A DNA stretch of 64,000 bases from Acidobacteriota bacterium (GTDB lineage: Bacteria; Acidobacteriota; Blastocatellia; Pyrinomonadales; Pyrinomonadaceae). The stretch covers positions 1,511 through 65,510 of the forward strand of contig JAVXWN010000054.1 of the NCBI GenBank assembly GCA_032230645.1. The letters run 5' to 3'. Positions 1-10,290 of the stretch are shown here, in pieces. Both the position numbers and the translations under genes were made by a program. Within the stretch, counting starts at the first letter, position 1; each line of letters starts with the position of its first letter. A model generated the notes under the pieces. That model worked only from the letters and a program-made list of their open reading frames with translations, searched no databases and was not told where the DNA came from.

Positions 1-441
1 ACATCTTGTGTCTTGAAGCTTAAGCCCTAAAATATGACCATTTTTAATGACGAAATCAGTAACGACACCTTGTCGAAGATGCAAATTCGGGGTAAATTCG
101 AGAACGTGTCGCATCTCCGTCCGATAGAGGACCCTATCGGCTTGAGCACGAGGAGCCTGTACGGCAGGGCCGCGAGAACGATTGAGCAGACGAAATTGTA
201 TACCTGTGCGGTCGATTATATGCCCCATAATTCCGCCAAGGGCGTCTATCTCACGGACTAGATGACCTTTAGCAATCCCTCCGACAGCCGGATTGCAGGA
301 CATTTGACCGATCATATCCAGACTGATGGTAACAAGCGCAGTTTGGCACCCCATACGTGCGCAGGCCGAAGCGGCCTCGCAACCAGCATGTCCCGCTCCA
401 ATCACGATCACGTCAAAGATTTCGTCAAAGATTTCTTTCAT
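1..441 (-). CDS. mnmG: tRNA uridine 5-carboxymethylaminomethyl modification enzyme MnmG (GidA), N-terminal part only; the gene runs off the window
   Basis: Reverse translation from ATG at 439..441 gives [38 protein letters not shown]..., the FAD-binding GxGxxG N-terminus typical of MnmG. Its ATG overlaps the mnmE stop as ATGA (438..441). Confidence 0.85.
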   Translation of the reverse strand, partial: MKEIFDEIFDVIVIGAGHAGCEAASACARMGCQTALVTISLDMIGQMSCNPAVGGIAKGHLVREIDALGGIMGHIIDRTGIQFRLLNRSRGPAVQAPRAQADRVLYRTEMRHVLEFTPNLHLRQGVVTDFVIKNGHILGLKLQDTRC

Positions 442-1844
442 TTTCCTATGCAGAAGGTCGAAAATATTTGGGAAAGAATGTCCACCGAGGTTGTTTCGCC
501 TGTAATTTCTCCCAAAAACCGTAATGCCTCATAAAGCTTCGATAGAATCAACTCTTCACTTACGCTCTGTCGAATCAAGATTTCAGAGGAGTGTAAGCCA
601 TCACTCGTCCGCCGCAAAAGATCGTAATGCCGGGCATTGGTTATAACAAAGCTGTTTTCATCAAAATTAGCACTTGAAAATGGCTTTATTATCTCCGAAC
701 AGAGAGCAGTTAGCCCGTTTCCTGTTTTAGCCGATACCGGAATCGGAATCAAATTTTCGCCCAATTGTTGCGCATTATTGATACAAAAACCTTCTAAATC
801 ACTTTTGTTTAGAACGACGATGCACTGAGTTTCCGAAGCTTCACATATAATGCTCTTATCTTCTTCAGTTAACGGCCTTGAGCCATCAAGAATCGCTAAA
901 ATGAGATCGGCATCTGCTATTGCGCGACGTGTGCGCTCAATGCCAAGCTGTTCAATTCTATCTTGAGAGGAACGCACACCTGCCGTATCCGTTATGAGAA
1001 CGGGTATGCCTTCAATGTTTATTACTTCATTAATTGTATCACGTGTAGTTCCGGGAATCTCCGTAACGATTGCCCTGTCAGAAGAGAGTAATTTATTGAA
1101 AAGACTGGACTTACCTACGTTCGGTCGGCCGACGAGTGCTACCCGCAGTCCTTCTTTTAAAAGTCGCCCGCGCCGGAAGGAAGCGGCCATCTCATCAACC
1201 ATGACTGAAAGTGCGGAAAGCTCTTGGGCGATGTTGCGAGCGATGTCATCAGGAAGATCATCTTCTACGAATTCAAGTGAGGATTCGAGCGGAACGATTA
1301 TTTCCAGAAGCGCATCTTTTATTGGCTGAAGTCTAATGGAGAGTTCACCACCGAGTTGTCGCGCCGCCTGACGGACGGCCGAGTGGGTCTGAGCCTCAAT
1401 AAGATCACGGACAGCTTCAGCCTGCGTGAGATTGAGGCGACCATTGGCAACGGCCCTCATAGTGAACTCACCCGGATCGGCTGCCCTCGCATCAAAGAAG
1501 AGCAGTAAATCCAGTATGTGCAAAAGGAGCGTTGGAGAACCGTGGCAGCTAAGCTCTACGACATCTTCGCCCGTGTATGAATGGGGCGCTCTGAAGAACG
1601 TAACCAGAGCACGATCAATGCTTTCCAGTGTATGCGGGTCGTAAATTGTTCTGAGTAAAACCCGGTTAGGCTCGGGTTTAAAATCAGGGTCGTGAAGGAG
1701 GAAGCGCGTAAGTTCTAGTGCGCCGTCACCACTGATACGAACTACGCCGATTCCGCTTCGTCCGGGCGGCGTGGAGAGCGCAACGATAGTGTCGGCGGTC
1801 TGCACTTTAAGGGAAATTGCGCTGCAAAAAGAGACTAGCCCCAC
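438..1844 (-). CDS. mnmE: tRNA modification GTPase MnmE (TrmE)
   Basis: 468-aa ORF with G-domain motifs [12 protein letters not shown] and DTAG and the C-terminal CIGK tail. The true start may be the GTG at 1803..1805 ([15 protein letters not shown]). Confidence 0.9.
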   Translation of the reverse strand: MGLVSFCSAISLKVQTADTIVALSTPPGRSGIGVVRISGDGALELTRFLLHDPDFKPEPNRVLLRTIYDPHTLESIDRALVTFFRAPHSYTGEDVVELSCHGSPTLLLHILDLLLFFDARAADPGEFTMRAVANGRLNLTQAEAVRDLIEAQTHSAVRQAARQLGGELSIRLQPIKDALLEIIVPLESSLEFVEDDLPDDIARNIAQELSALSVMVDEMAASFRRGRLLKEGLRVALVGRPNVGKSSLFNKLLSSDRAIVTEIPGTTRDTINEVINIEGIPVLITDTAGVRSSQDRIEQLGIERTRRAIADADLILAILDGSRPLTEEDKSIICEASETQCIVVLNKSDLEGFCINNAQQLGENLIPIPVSAKTGNGLTALCSEIIKPFSSANFDENSFVITNARHYDLLRRTSDGLHSSEILIRQSVSEELILSKLYEALRFLGEITGETTSVDILSQIFSTFCIGK

Positions 1845-1881
1845 GTAAATACTACAAAAACGCGGCCCCCACCTGAAAAAA

Positions 1882-2358
1882 TCAAATTTTAGACGGGGTT
1901 TTTAGGCTTACTTTCAGCCGTCGGGCATTCCCTTCGCCGACTGATTCAGTGAAAAGGGTATTCTCTTCGGCGAGAGTCATGTGGATTATGCGGCGCTCGC
2001 CAGCGCTCATCGGCCCGAAAAAGAAGGGTAGTCCGGTCGAACGGACGCGCTCGGCCGCGTGTCGCGCCATTGCACGAAGCTCCATCTCGCGGATAGCGCG
2101 AAAATTATCAACGTCACAGACGAAGCGCTCGCCTTCCGATAGGCCGCGGGCAAAAGACTGATTGACGAAGTGTTCGAGCGCGTCCAAAAACTCTCCACCT
2201 TCACTACGCACCAGCGCGGAATCCGTACCATCAATATTCAAAATACATCCATCAGCACTTTCGCTCGCCTCAGCATGCAACGAAAATCCGGCCAGACGAA
2301 AGATGTCGTTTAAGAATTGCTCTGCCTGTCCGTAAGCTTCCTTCATTTGACATCCCAA
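1882..2358 (-). CDS. jag: Jag/KhpB-type R3H domain RNA-binding protein
   Basis: C-terminal R3H-like segment (ERRIIHMTLAEENTLFTESVGEGNARRLKV). The position between yidC and mnmE is conserved synteny. Confidence 0.75.
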   Translation of the reverse strand: MGCQMKEAYGQAEQFLNDIFRLAGFSLHAEASESADGCILNIDGTDSALVRSEGGEFLDALEHFVNQSFARGLSEGERFVCDVDNFRAIREMELRAMARHAAERVRSTGLPFFFGPMSAGERRIIHMTLAEENTLFTESVGEGNARRLKVSLKTPSKI

Positions 2359-2384
2359 ACGGGAAACTATTCCCTGTAAAAGAC

Positions 2385-4244
2385 TTATGCCTGTGTAGGC
2401 CGCGCGTCATTCAGCTTTTTCTTTGGCCGTGTGCCAGCTCGATCCTTCTCCTCAGGCGGTTGTTCTTCGTCATCTCTCGATTTGAGCATCCGGTTTATCA
2501 AAAACTGTTGGCTGAAGCCCACGAGGTTGCCAACCAGCCAGTAGACAAGAAGACCTGCCGGCGCGCTCCAAAGGATGTAGAGCATCATCATCGGCATAAT
2601 AACCGCCATCATTTTCCTCTGTAGAGGGTCAGCCGAAGGAGCAGGCGTGATTAATTGCAGGACAAGCATCGAACTCGCCATCAGAATGGGGAGAAGCTTG
2701 GTTGGGTCGCCCGCCGAAAGGTCTTGAATCCACAGGAAGGAGGACTGGCGGAAATCGATGGAGATAGTGATCGCGACATAGAGCGCAATGAGGAAGGGCA
2801 TCTGAATCAGAAGTGGTAGACAGCCACCCAGCGGATTCCCCTCCTTCATCAGACGCAACTGCTCCATCTGCAACTCTTTAAGCCGGGGATCGTTCTGCTT
2901 CATCCCCTTTATCTTTTCCTGTAATTCCTTCATCCGCGGCGCGAGCTTCTGAGCTTTCTTCATGGATTTTGAAGAGCGCCACTTGAGCGGAAAAAACAGG
3001 GTGTAGATAACGACTGTGAAGAGAATAATGGCGAGTCCGTAGCTACCCGTCAGCCTGTTTAGATACTTGATTGACGCAAGGATTGGGGTCGCCAAGGGCT
3101 TGGTGACACGCTGCGTCCAGCCATAGTTGATTAATTGACCCAAGTCAATCTGCTGGCCGGAGAGATTTTTGTTAATAAATTCGCTGGTTTCTTGTAACTG
3201 GTCATGATCCTTCGGCCCTGTGAACAGGTACATTGGCGACCCGTCGGCAGGGACAGGGACGTAGCCGGTGATTAAAAACCTATCCTCTTTCTGTCCGTTG
3301 CCCTGATACTCATACTTTTCAGTGTGATACTCGAGGCCGTTGACAGGATTCGGTAGCACAAGGGTCATCGCAAAGTAAGTGTCCCCAACGCCCGCCCACC
3401 GAGATGGCGCGTTAAACTTATGAATGTGAGGACTTTCCTTATTCTGATCGATTTGCGCCGCTGTCCAGTGCTCGACCTTTTCGCCGACGGCGGCGATTGC
3501 CTCTGGGGCAATGGAGTAGAAGCTGTAGCGTGGGACGCCCTGGTCTCCAATGCTCGGCCCGATAGATATTTTCGCTTCGGGAACCGGCTGTCCACCTTGC
3601 AGAACCTTTGTTTCGAGCTTGACCGTGTAATTGTCGGCATCGAAGGTGAGTTTTTTCAGCACTTCGACCCCGCTCTCCGGCTCATTCATTGTTAATTCGA
3701 CGGATTTTTGCTCGCCGGGCTTCAACTCCAACTGGGCGTTGGCCGCGTTACCTTCGACGCCGCTGACCGCAAAATTCCTTGAAGCAATGGCCGCGTCCAA
3801 CTCCTGTCGCCCCGTGAAAATCTTCAGAGGGGCTAGACCATGGCTGAGTCCTTCCTGCGAAATTAGCTGGAGCGGTTGAGGCTTATCTCTGGTACTGGAA
3901 ACGGAACGAAGAGGCTTTCCTGCACCGTCTTTTTCCTTATTTCGTTTGATAATCCAGCTTTTAACGGTTGCGCCCCGGCTATCAAACTCGATCTCGTAGA
4001 GAGATGTCGAGACGGTTAGTGTACGTTCCGGAGTAACGTCCAGAGGCGCAGTAACGGCTGGTTGGCTCTGCGGGACAGCTTGGTTGGACTGTGCGGTAGG
4101 TGTCGGAGTCGGCGATTCGGTAGATGCCGGCTGCGAAGTGTTGGCGTTCTGCTGGTTATTCGTCGGAGGAGGAAAAAGGTAGCTCCATCCAAAAAGAATT
4201 ACCGCCGAAAGTACAAAAGCAAGTAAAAGGCGCTTCTGATCCAT
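2385..4244 (-). CDS. yidC: membrane protein insertase YidC
   Basis: 619 aa with an N-terminal TM segment, a large periplasmic domain, and a C-terminal 60-kDa insertase core ([45 protein letters not shown]). Confidence 0.93.
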   Translation of the reverse strand: MDQKRLLLAFVLSAVILFGWSYLFPPPTNNQQNANTSQPASTESPTPTPTAQSNQAVPQSQPAVTAPLDVTPERTLTVSTSLYEIEFDSRGATVKSWIIKRNKEKDGAGKPLRSVSSTRDKPQPLQLISQEGLSHGLAPLKIFTGRQELDAAIASRNFAVSGVEGNAANAQLELKPGEQKSVELTMNEPESGVEVLKKLTFDADNYTVKLETKVLQGGQPVPEAKISIGPSIGDQGVPRYSFYSIAPEAIAAVGEKVEHWTAAQIDQNKESPHIHKFNAPSRWAGVGDTYFAMTLVLPNPVNGLEYHTEKYEYQGNGQKEDRFLITGYVPVPADGSPMYLFTGPKDHDQLQETSEFINKNLSGQQIDLGQLINYGWTQRVTKPLATPILASIKYLNRLTGSYGLAIILFTVVIYTLFFPLKWRSSKSMKKAQKLAPRMKELQEKIKGMKQNDPRLKELQMEQLRLMKEGNPLGGCLPLLIQMPFLIALYVAITISIDFRQSSFLWIQDLSAGDPTKLLPILMASSMLVLQLITPAPSADPLQRKMMAVIMPMMMLYILWSAPAGLLVYWLVGNLVGFSQQFLINRMLKSRDDEEQPPEEKDRAGTRPKKKLNDARPTQA

Positions 4245-4300
4245 CTATTTCATACCGTGTGCATTAAAGAACACGTCAGAACGTAAATAAAAGTTCGAGA

Positions 4301-4513
4301 TTACTTAACCGGGTCATAGCCCCCCGGATGAAAAGGATGGCAGCGTAAGAGGCGGCGTACCCCCCTCCAGACACCCCGCATCGCACCGTACCGCTCAATT
4401 GCCTCAAGCGCGTACTCTGAACAGGTTGGAACAAATCGGCACGAGGGTGGGAGTACGGGCGAGATGCACGCCTTATAGAACCGGAGCAAACTTGTAAGAG
4501 CAACTCTTACCAA
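4301..4513 (-). CDS. yidD: membrane protein insertion efficiency factor YidD
   Basis: 70 aa containing [27 protein letters not shown]...[12 protein letters not shown], the YidD signature. Confidence 0.9.
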   Translation of the reverse strand: MVRVALTSLLRFYKACISPVLPPSCRFVPTCSEYALEAIERYGAMRGVWRGVRRLLRCHPFHPGGYDPVK

Positions 4514-4888
4514 TTACTTTTCCGTTTCGCACGCAGATTCTTGTTCGCTAGACTTAACCTGAGCAATTATTCGCTTTAAATCTGCGATTACGGCAGCAGC
4601 CTTTTCTTGGACTATCGAACGGCGAGCGTTAAAAACCCAATCATATCTACGATTAAGTTCATCCAGCTCGCAACCCGTCAACCGAAAAGCCTCACGCAAA
4701 AGACGCTTTGCTCGGTTACGCTTAGCGGCGAGGCGCGACATTTTCCGCGAAGCCGTTATTCCTAACCGATGCTGATCGAGGTCGGTGAACAGAACGAAGG
4801 CTGTCACCAGACGACCCTCGAAACGCTTACCCTCGCCATAAACCGCACGAAACTCTGCGGATTTACGCAAACGCGCATCTTTGGGCAA
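4514..4888 (-). CDS. rnpA: ribonuclease P protein component
   Basis: 124-aa basic protein (LRKSAEFRAVYGEGKRF...) sitting between rpmH and yidD. It uses a TTG start. Confidence 0.85.
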   Translation of the reverse strand: MPKDARLRKSAEFRAVYGEGKRFEGRLVTAFVLFTDLDQHRLGITASRKMSRLAAKRNRAKRLLREAFRLTGCELDELNRRYDWVFNARRSIVQEKAAAVIADLKRIIAQVKSSEQESACETEK

Positions 4889-4899
4889 AGCAGTCTCGA

Positions 4900-5046
4900 T
4901 CAGTAATGCGACGGCGTTAGACGCCTACGACCTTTGGCGCGCCGCCTCTTCAGCACCAAGCGCCCACTCTTTGTGGCCATGCGGGCACGAAAGCCATGGG
5001 TCTTGGCACGTCGGCGATTGTTAGGTTGGAATGTGCGTTTAGGCAT
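4900..5046 (-). CDS. rpmH: 50S ribosomal protein L34
   Basis: Not in the ORF track because it is under 60 aa. The reverse strand reads ATG CCT AAA CGC ACA TTC CAA ..., giving [48 protein letters not shown]. Confidence 0.9.
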   Translation of the reverse strand: MPKRTFQPNNRRRAKTHGFRARMATKSGRLVLKRRRAKGRRRLTPSHY

Positions 5047-5289
5047 ATCTGTTCAAAGTTTCTCCTTCAGACGAAAGTATTAAGACTAGCCGCTAATGTG
5101 ATTCATGTCAAGGAAAGCGAAGGTAATTAGAGCCATCTTTAGAACTCCTAATCTGCTACCATTCTCGAAATATCACTAAAAACAATCGTCTCAAAACAGT
5201 TCACGAATCGCTAACCTTCTAAGAAAATTCAAAAATTCGGGGCAATTGAAAAGTACAAATATTGCTTGTTCGAAAAAACTTTTAAGCCC

Positions 5290-5444
5290 TGTGGAATTCT
5301 CTTGCATCTGGGGTCGGCTTATGCTAGTCTCGCGCCCGTTTCACAGACGGCCATCGCCTGTAAGTAATTGAAAGTAAAACACTTAAAGCTTCACTTTAAG
5401 TCTTCCAGAGTTTTCCACAGGGCTGTGGAAAACTCTGTGGAAAT
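5290..5444. promoter_or_regulatory. DnaA-box cluster in the rpmH-dnaA divergent region
   Basis: TGTGGAATT 5290..5298; TTTTCCACA 5411..5419; TGTGGAAAA 5424..5432; TGTGGAAAT 5436..5444. These match the TTATCCACA-class consensus, and an AT-rich stretch lies upstream (5100..5280). Confidence 0.6.
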
Positions 5445-5594
5445 CCTTCTGGGCTAATCCAAAAGGAGGCTTAAAAGGGAAGTTTTACAACAGCTTCCGT
5501 TGATTGATTCAAGAGTTAGCTTGAGCAAATCGCGGAAGGAGGCTGTACCCTTTCGAGTCGGTCGTTGTCGGACTCGGTTGAAGGCGAGAAGCAT

Positions 5595-7061
5595 ATGAGC
5601 ACAACATTCGAGCATAGAATTTGGAACAACATTCTTCTCGCGGTCGAGAAGCGTCTGAATCGTCAAAGCTTTGAGACATGGATACGGCCCATCCTCTTTG
5701 AAGGTTATGACGAGGCCGAGCATGTGCTCCATCTTCGTGCTCCTAACCATGTGGTTAAGGATTGGGTGAGTTCAAACTACTCGGACGTTTTGGATGCGTC
5801 CTTGTCTGAGTTGAATCTTTCAAACTACCAGCTCGACTGGACGGTGGAGGAGGATTCGCAGACGCCGAGTTCGATGTCGGGCAAAGAGATGGATAATCTC
5901 GGGACTCTTGATTTGGAAAAGCAGCCTTTAAATAATTCTTCGAAGAACACCTCTTCGAGCCTCTTCTCCTTATTGGAGGCGGCCCAATCGGATGGGCTGA
6001 CTCCGGGCGCAACGACCTTCGTCGACATCGAGCCGCTGGAAAATTCACTCAACCAGAAGTGTTCGTTCGGGACATTTGTCGTTGGCTCCTGCAATCAATT
6101 TGCGCATGCGGCAGCACTGGCTGTCGCCGAAGCCCCCGGAAAAACGTACAACCCTCTATATATTTATGGGGGAGTTGGGCTCGGCAAAACTCACTTGGTA
6201 CACGCTATCGGTCACGCTATTAAGGAGCGCAACAGATACCTCCGCTTATCCTATATTTCGGCGGAGAGATTTATGAATGAGCTTATCAACGCCATCCGCT
6301 ACGACAAGACGCAGACTTTTCGTGAGAAATATCGTTCGATTGATGTGCTGTTGATGGATGACATACAGTTCATGGCTGGCAAGGAGCGCACTCAAGAGGA
6401 GTTCTTCCACACGTTCAATGCACTCTACGATGGCCAGAAACAGATCGTCATCACTTCCGACTGCCCGCCGCGGGAGATTCCGACGCTGGAGGAGAGACTA
6501 CACTCACGCTTCGAGTGGGGATTGATAGCCGACATCGAGCCGCCTGACCTCGAAACCAAGGTCGCGATTCTGAAGCGCAAAGCAGACCTCGACGGAGTGA
6601 CCTTGCCCGACGATGTTGCCTTCTTTATCGCGGGCAAAGTCAAAAGCAACATACGAGAGTTGGAAGGGTCGCTCGTGCGCCTGATCGCCATCTCCTCGCT
6701 GCGCGGGCTTCCCATCTCCAAGATGCTTGCACAGGACGCCATTCGCAACATTGCCGAGGACGACCAACCAGCCGGGATAACCATCGAACAGATTCAGCGC
6801 GCGGTCGGCGCACATTACAAACTCCGCGTTGATGACCTGAAGTCCAAAAACAACTCGCGGCAGATTGCAGTGCCGCGACAGGTGGCAATGTACTTGTGCA
6901 AGCGTCTAACTAAACATAGCTTTCCCGAGATAGGTAGAGAGTTCGGCGGGAAGCATCACACGACCGTTATTCACTCCGTGGACAAGATCGAAGCACTCGT
7001 TTCGAGGGATCAGAATTTCCACAGGGTCGTGAGTGACATTATGGACAATCTTTGCAAGTAG
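5595..7061 (+). CDS. dnaA: chromosomal replication initiator DnaA
   Basis: Walker [14 protein letters not shown]+ core, and a C-terminal DNA-binding domain ([16 protein letters not shown]). I placed the start at the ATG at 5595 ([12 protein letters not shown]) rather than the upstream TTG at 5565. Confidence 0.95.
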   Translation: MSTTFEHRIWNNILLAVEKRLNRQSFETWIRPILFEGYDEAEHVLHLRAPNHVVKDWVSSNYSDVLDASLSELNLSNYQLDWTVEEDSQTPSSMSGKEMDNLGTLDLEKQPLNNSSKNTSSSLFSLLEAAQSDGLTPGATTFVDIEPLENSLNQKCSFGTFVVGSCNQFAHAAALAVAEAPGKTYNPLYIYGGVGLGKTHLVHAIGHAIKERNRYLRLSYISAERFMNELINAIRYDKTQTFREKYRSIDVLLMDDIQFMAGKERTQEEFFHTFNALYDGQKQIVITSDCPPREIPTLEERLHSRFEWGLIADIEPPDLETKVAILKRKADLDGVTLPDDVAFFIAGKVKSNIRELEGSLVRLIAISSLRGLPISKMLAQDAIRNIAEDDQPAGITIEQIQRAVGAHYKLRVDDLKSKNNSRQIAVPRQVAMYLCKRLTKHSFPEIGREFGGKHHTTVIHSVDKIEALVSRDQNFHRVVSDIMDNLCK

Positions 7062-7085
7062 TTAGATCCCTTTTGGGGTGAATAT

Positions 7086-7380
7086 TTTTCCACAGGCCCG
7101 TTTTCTACTAAATTGCCTTGTATCAATAAATTAACTAAAAGTTTTCCACATTTCCACAGGTGACTTTAAAACGAGGCCTGTGGAAATGTGGAAAACTTTT
7201 TCTTCATGCTCTTTTTCCACACAAAGGCAAAGTTTTCCACAGCATTTTCCACAGCCGTTGTGGAAAACAATTCTCTTAGATAGAACATTTAAGTCACTTT
7301 TCCACATTTCCACAGGCCCTACTACTACTACTAGATATAAATATAAGGTATTAAATTAGAAGGAATAGTAAAAGCGATTG
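7086..7380. other. oriC: DnaA-box array plus an AT-rich candidate unwinding element
   Basis: Boxes at 7086, 7142, 7150, 7179(rc), 7187(rc), 7213, 7233, 7245, 7259(rc), 7298 and 7306. The composite TTTTCCACATTTCCACAGG occurs three times. An AT-rich segment (actactactactagatataaatataaggtattaaattag) follows at 7321..7360, just upstream of dnaN. Confidence 0.75.
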
Positions 7381-7455
7381 ATGCAATATCTCTTCAATGC
7401 TTTTAAGAGCTATCATGTGATTTGAAAACTTTAGTCCCTCAGAGGAGTTAAGAAA

Positions 7456-8565
7456 ATGGAGTTCACGATCAGCAAAACCTCTCTTCAGAAAGAGCTAGGT
7501 CTTGTTCAAGGTACGGTAGAAAAGAAGAACACAATTCCCGCGCTCTCTAACATCCTTATCGAGTCCGTGGGCGAAGGCACGATCCGCGTCACTGGAACCG
7601 ACTTGGATGTGACGCTGCGTTGCGAGACGGAGGCTGAGATTAAGACGCCGGGTTCGATGTGTGTCGGTGCGCGCAAGCTCTTCGACATTGCACGCGTGCT
7701 GCCCGACGCACCTGTCAGTTTTCGGAAGGAGGAGAACAACTGGGCGACGGTCAAGTGCGAGCGCTCGAACTTCCGCATCGCAGGCATTGATCGGGACAAC
7801 TTTCCCGAAGTCCCGAGCTTTAAGTCCGCCCCGGTGAAACTCTCCGCAGGGGTCTTTAAAACACTCATTGACCGGACTATCTTCGCCATCACTTTGGAGG
7901 AGTCGCGGTACACGCTGTCCGGCGCCAAGTTCATGGTCAGCAAGTCGGGCGCGAGAATGGTGACGACCGACGGCCATCGCCTCGCTTACGTCGAGCGGAA
8001 GGACTTGGGGGCAGTGCCTTCGGAAGATATTGACGTACTCATCCCGCGTAAGACTCTTGCTGAACTCACGAAGTTAACTGCGTCTTTCGAGGGCGAGATC
8101 GGTCTTGGTGCCGACGAGAATCACATCTACTTCGAGGTCGGGCCGCGACTCCTCATCTCACGAACGCTGACGGGTCAATTCCCGAACTACGACATGGTGA
8201 TGCCGAAGACGAACGACAAGCGAGCCGAGTTCGACTCTCAATCGCTCGGGCAAGCCATAAGGCGCGTAGCCCTCATGGCCGACGACCGCTCGCACGCCAT
8301 ACGCTTCAAACTAACTCCCGGCAGCCTGCACATCAGCTCACAGACCGCCGAAGAGGGCGAGGCGCGCGAAACCGTCACCACGGAGTATGCGGGGGAAGAG
8401 ACAGAGATTGGTTTCAACGCCGCCTATTTACAGGACTTCCTGAACGTTCTGAGCGACAGCACAGTGGCCTTCGAGTTCAAAGACGGCAACTCGCAGGCGC
8501 AGCTCCGCCCCGGCTCCGACGACGGTTACGATTACAGGTACGTTGTCATGCCCATGCGTTTATGA
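7456..8565 (+). CDS. dnaN: DNA polymerase III beta sliding clamp
   Basis: 369 aa. N-terminal MEFTISKTSLQKEL... and C-terminal ...YRYVVMPMRL are typical of DnaN, and it is syntenic with dnaA. Confidence 0.95.
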   Translation: MEFTISKTSLQKELGLVQGTVEKKNTIPALSNILIESVGEGTIRVTGTDLDVTLRCETEAEIKTPGSMCVGARKLFDIARVLPDAPVSFRKEENNWATVKCERSNFRIAGIDRDNFPEVPSFKSAPVKLSAGVFKTLIDRTIFAITLEESRYTLSGAKFMVSKSGARMVTTDGHRLAYVERKDLGAVPSEDIDVLIPRKTLAELTKLTASFEGEIGLGADENHIYFEVGPRLLISRTLTGQFPNYDMVMPKTNDKRAEFDSQSLGQAIRRVALMADDRSHAIRFKLTPGSLHISSQTAEEGEARETVTTEYAGEETEIGFNAAYLQDFLNVLSDSTVAFEFKDGNSQAQLRPGSDDGYDYRYVVMPMRL

Positions 8566-8586
8566 CTTCGTAAGTCAAAAGACGAG

Positions 8587-8591
8587 CGAGG
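8587..8591. repeat. left copy of the 5-bp target-site duplication CGAGG
   Basis: CGAGG lies immediately outside TGAATTGG..., and the identical pentamer lies immediately outside ...CCGATTCA at 25854..25858. Confidence 0.6.
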
Positions 8592-8675
8592 TGAATTGGT
8601 ACAATAATTAGCCGAACTTTACAATAAAAAGGTGAACTTTACATTAAAAGGTTGAACTTTTTATTGGAAGAGTTC
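8592..8675 (+). repeat. R-like end: four contiguous transposase-binding-like repeats at about 20-bp spacing
   Basis: TGAATTGGTACAATAATTAGCC / GAACTTTACAATAAAAAGGT / GAACTTTACATTAAAAGGTT / GAACTTTTTATTGG. A possible fifth site (CAATAATGAACTCTG) lies at about 8754..8768. Confidence 0.6.
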
Positions 8676-8808
8676 GAGAGTGGACCTACGTGCAGACGAT
8701 CGCCGTGAAGAAGGACAAATCTAGCGGCAGTATTAGAAGCAGAATAGGCTGATCAATAATGAACTCTGCACGGCCGTAATAGTCTGCGGCCAGTAAGCGA
8801 GCCCCGGA

Positions 8809-10158
8809 TCAGTTGGACGGCGACGCGCCAGCCCCGGAGTCGCTAGCGTCATCCGACTTGTTATCTCGTGTGCTGAAGGACAGAATGACGCCGCCGAGCA
8901 GGGTGGACTGAGTTTTGCTGAAGTCGCCGGGAGTGGTTCTTTCAAACACGGGCTGATTCGACCAGTCTCTCCTATACTCAAGGCGCGTTAGCACGTACTT
9001 ATTGAACTTGTACTCGCCAGTAAAAGTCACCTCTTTGAGCCTCTGCGCTGTGCCGGACGTGTAACCGTCCGGGTCGTCGTACACCTCGAAGCGCGGGCTG
9101 AGAGCGAACTCCTTCGTGATCGCGAGGCGCAGGTAGGCCGCGACCCCTTGCCAGCGCACACTACTGCCGTCCGTTAGGGTGTCGTGACCGTAATCGTAGT
9201 TCCCCATCACCTTTACGCGCTCATTAAATTCGTAGCTCACGACCGTGTCGAGTAAGTGACGAAGGTGGTGGCTGTCGTCGGGCTGCTCAGGGCCGACCGT
9301 GTAGCTCTGCGTCAGCGACAGGTGGTCGGCGGGTTCCAAGTCGAGGGCGAGGCCGAATGTCTTACCGCCGTTGTTATCTCTAGTGTTGCCCCAGCCGTTG
9401 ACAAGGGCACCCGTGAGGGCGACTTTGTCGCTAAATTTATACTTCGTGCGCACCCCCGCGTGGAAGGTGGGCTGAGCCAGCACGTATAGGAGGCTGCGCG
9501 AGTAGTTCCAGTCCTTCTTCGCCTCATCGTATTCGGCACCGGCCCACGGAATGAACTTCCCGACGTCCACTTGCAGCCCCTCGCCGACTGGCACGAGATA
9601 GCCGACGTATGCCTGGTGCAGGTGCTCGGTCGCTTTGTGTGGGCGGGTCTCTTCCGAATTCAGGAAGTCCACGGCTTGGCGGCCGAAAAGGAGGTCGAGC
9701 TGAAACCCGAGGCGCGAGTCGGCCGTGGACTCCTTTTCAAAGGAGACCTCCGCCATGTCGAGTGCGAGCCGCCTGTCGCGTGTGTCGAAGCTGCGGAAGA
9801 GATTTTCTTCGCCCGCCGGGTGGTTGTAGTTGTGACTGTAATAAGTGCTGACGAAAGCGTCCACGGTAGTTTTGCCGAAAAAACGTAGAAACTTGTTGCG
9901 CTCGTCCTTCGCCTGCTTCTGATCGTCGTCGGCGCGGGGGCGCACTGTCGGCCCCGTGCTGCCTTGGACTTCGGCTGCCATTTCGGCGTGCGGCTGGTCG
10001 TCGTTACACACTACGATGGCGTCCGCCGTTTCCTTCGCGGTCGGCACGAGTTGTTGCGAGCGGGCGTCGCGGGCTGAGAGTGCCACCGAAAGGAGCGCGG
10101 TGAGTAGGCACATGCAGAGTAAGTTGATGCGGCGCGTGGAGGTCTTGACGAGAATCAT
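8809..10158 (-). CDS. outer-membrane beta-barrel porin (OmpL-like / BBP2-type)
   Basis: 449 aa with a signal peptide (LLCMCLLTALLSVALSA) and alternating aromatic beta-strand patterns (FVSTYYSHNYNHP, GFQLDLLFG, VLTRLEYRRDW). Confidence 0.65.
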   Translation of the reverse strand: MILVKTSTRRINLLCMCLLTALLSVALSARDARSQQLVPTAKETADAIVVCNDDQPHAEMAAEVQGSTGPTVRPRADDDQKQAKDERNKFLRFFGKTTVDAFVSTYYSHNYNHPAGEENLFRSFDTRDRRLALDMAEVSFEKESTADSRLGFQLDLLFGRQAVDFLNSEETRPHKATEHLHQAYVGYLVPVGEGLQVDVGKFIPWAGAEYDEAKKDWNYSRSLLYVLAQPTFHAGVRTKYKFSDKVALTGALVNGWGNTRDNNGGKTFGLALDLEPADHLSLTQSYTVGPEQPDDSHHLRHLLDTVVSYEFNERVKVMGNYDYGHDTLTDGSSVRWQGVAAYLRLAITKEFALSPRFEVYDDPDGYTSGTAQRLKEVTFTGEYKFNKYVLTRLEYRRDWSNQPVFERTTPGDFSKTQSTLLGGVILSFSTRDNKSDDASDSGAGASPSN

Positions 10159-10290
10159 GTGAAGCTACTTGGGCGTAGGCCGGAACGGGGGCGGTAACAG
10201 TTTCAGACTCTGTACCAGCCTATGCAGCAGTGGTTACGCTCGTGCGAGGAAGAGCCGATTCACGGAGGGCACCTGAAGAGATAGCTTGCC

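Noticed and set aside
5199-5212. CAGTTCACGAATCG in the rpmH-dnaA spacer resembles the GTGAAC and GAATCG parts of the transposon end motifs.
   Set aside because: It is a single short occurrence with no inverted partner or phased repeats, which is compatible with chance in AT-rich DNA.
8563-8577. TGACTTCGTAAGTCA palindrome overlapping the dnaN stop, considered as a terminator.
   Set aside because: The stem is only 6 bp, AT-rich, and has no T-run. It may still matter as part of the putative attachment site, but it is not a convincing terminator.
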